The notes beneath the pieces were generated by a model. The model saw only the letters and a list, made by a program, of their open reading frames with translations. It was not told where the DNA came from and did no database searches. The position numbers were made by a program, and so were the translations under genes. A DNA stretch of 64,000 nucleotides, taken from IMG/VR virus record IMGVR_UViG_3300027749_000047, positions 1-64,000 of that record; one strand, 5' to 3'. Source of the DNA: a virus. Positions 63,470 through 64,000 of this stretch are shown piece after piece (the first letter of the stretch is position 1; each line of letters begins with the position of its first letter).

Positions 63470-64000
63470 ATGTACCGTCCTGCAACTGTTCTTCGCTTAG
63501 CTAAGGCTCTTACCATTAATGGTGTGGCTCGTGCTAAGGGATATGTTCTTACTGATGCTGAAGTGCTTAGTATGAAGACGTTGCAGTCTATTATTGCGAA
63601 GCGGTGGGTGGTTCCTGTTCCTGGGCCATCCGCCGCTCGCCTTAGTACTGCTCGCCAGCAATCTGCAGATGGTACTTTTAGTAATGGTATTTTAAACTCT
63701 ACTGTTATGACTGATACTTCGTCTAATAATTCTGTAAAGTACACTCCACATCCTACATATTTGAATCCTCAAGTTCTTCGCGATTATGCTAAGGATAATA
63801 TTCCTTATGCTTTGACTGGTACTGTTACTGGTCAGGCTGCTGGCGCTGTGGTTTTGAATTGGTATGCTCCTGTTAATGCTCCTGCATTGCTAACAGATTA
63901 TGTTGTTCAGTATCGTACGTCTGCTGTTGGTTCTACTGCTGCAGGATCGTTTACTACTTTTTCTGATGGTACTTCTACTGCAGTTACTGCAACTGTTACT
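63470..64000 (+). CDS. Virion protein with FN3-like domain, 3'-truncated (not in ORF track)
   Basis: Open from ATG 63470 to window end; VVLNWYAP...LTDYVVQYR...FTTFSDGTST. Confidence 0.75.
   Translation, partial: MYRPATVLRLAKALTINGVARAKGYVLTDAEVLSMKTLQSIIAKRWVVPVPGPSAARLSTARQQSADGTFSNGILNSTVMTDTSSNNSVKYTPHPTYLNPQVLRDYAKDNIPYALTGTVTGQAAGAVVLNWYAPVNAPALLTDYVVQYRTSAVGSTAAGSFTTFSDGTSTAVTATVT

Noticed and set aside
1642-63744. Many 60-170 aa track ORFs antisense to or out of frame within long genes (e.g. 4911..5369, 15228..15707, 58075..58608, 63448..63744)
   Set aside because: They lie inside well-supported genes, lack RBS and recognisable motifs, and are expected by-products of biased codon usage.

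Overview
The window holds most of the genome of a tailed dsDNA phage, opened inside the tail-tube gene. It is siphovirus-like and about 40% GC in the lines I sampled. A WhiB gene and actinophage-type holin and lysin point to an actinobacterial host; a low-GC freshwater lineage is an inference. Layout: (1) rightward tail module, 1-16.9 kb, with the canonical chaperone -1 frameshift and a 1933-aa tape measure protein; (2) leftward arm, 16.9-41.6 kb, with small early genes, an inverted 4-gene phosphoesterase cassette, a second reversed fibre/adaptor cassette, TerS-like HTH, WhiB, RuvC, Cas4-like nuclease, DnaE, SSB, primase and DnaB; (3) rightward late arm from 41.8 kb with a structured RNA, endolysin, HNH, TerL, holin, portal, about 12 kb of unusual head-cargo genes, prohead protease, scaffold, decoration protein and major capsid protein. 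No integrase, CRISPR array or standard tRNA was seen. Strongest findings: an 80-nt mini-tmRNA that keeps the whole tRNA-like domain but has no tag-coding region (42520-42599); a second, apparently programmed -1 frameshift that fuses a 1110-residue head protein to a CbbX/EccA-type AAA+ ATPase (54431); a family of putative packaged polyproteins punctuated by hydrophobic-x-K-[S/A] motifs and HPR motifs, one carrying an ADP-ribosyltransferase-like domain; and promoter-leader-terminator units in front of four operons, including a ~220-nt structured RNA before the lysin. All family assignments come from motif recognition by eye; no database searches were run.
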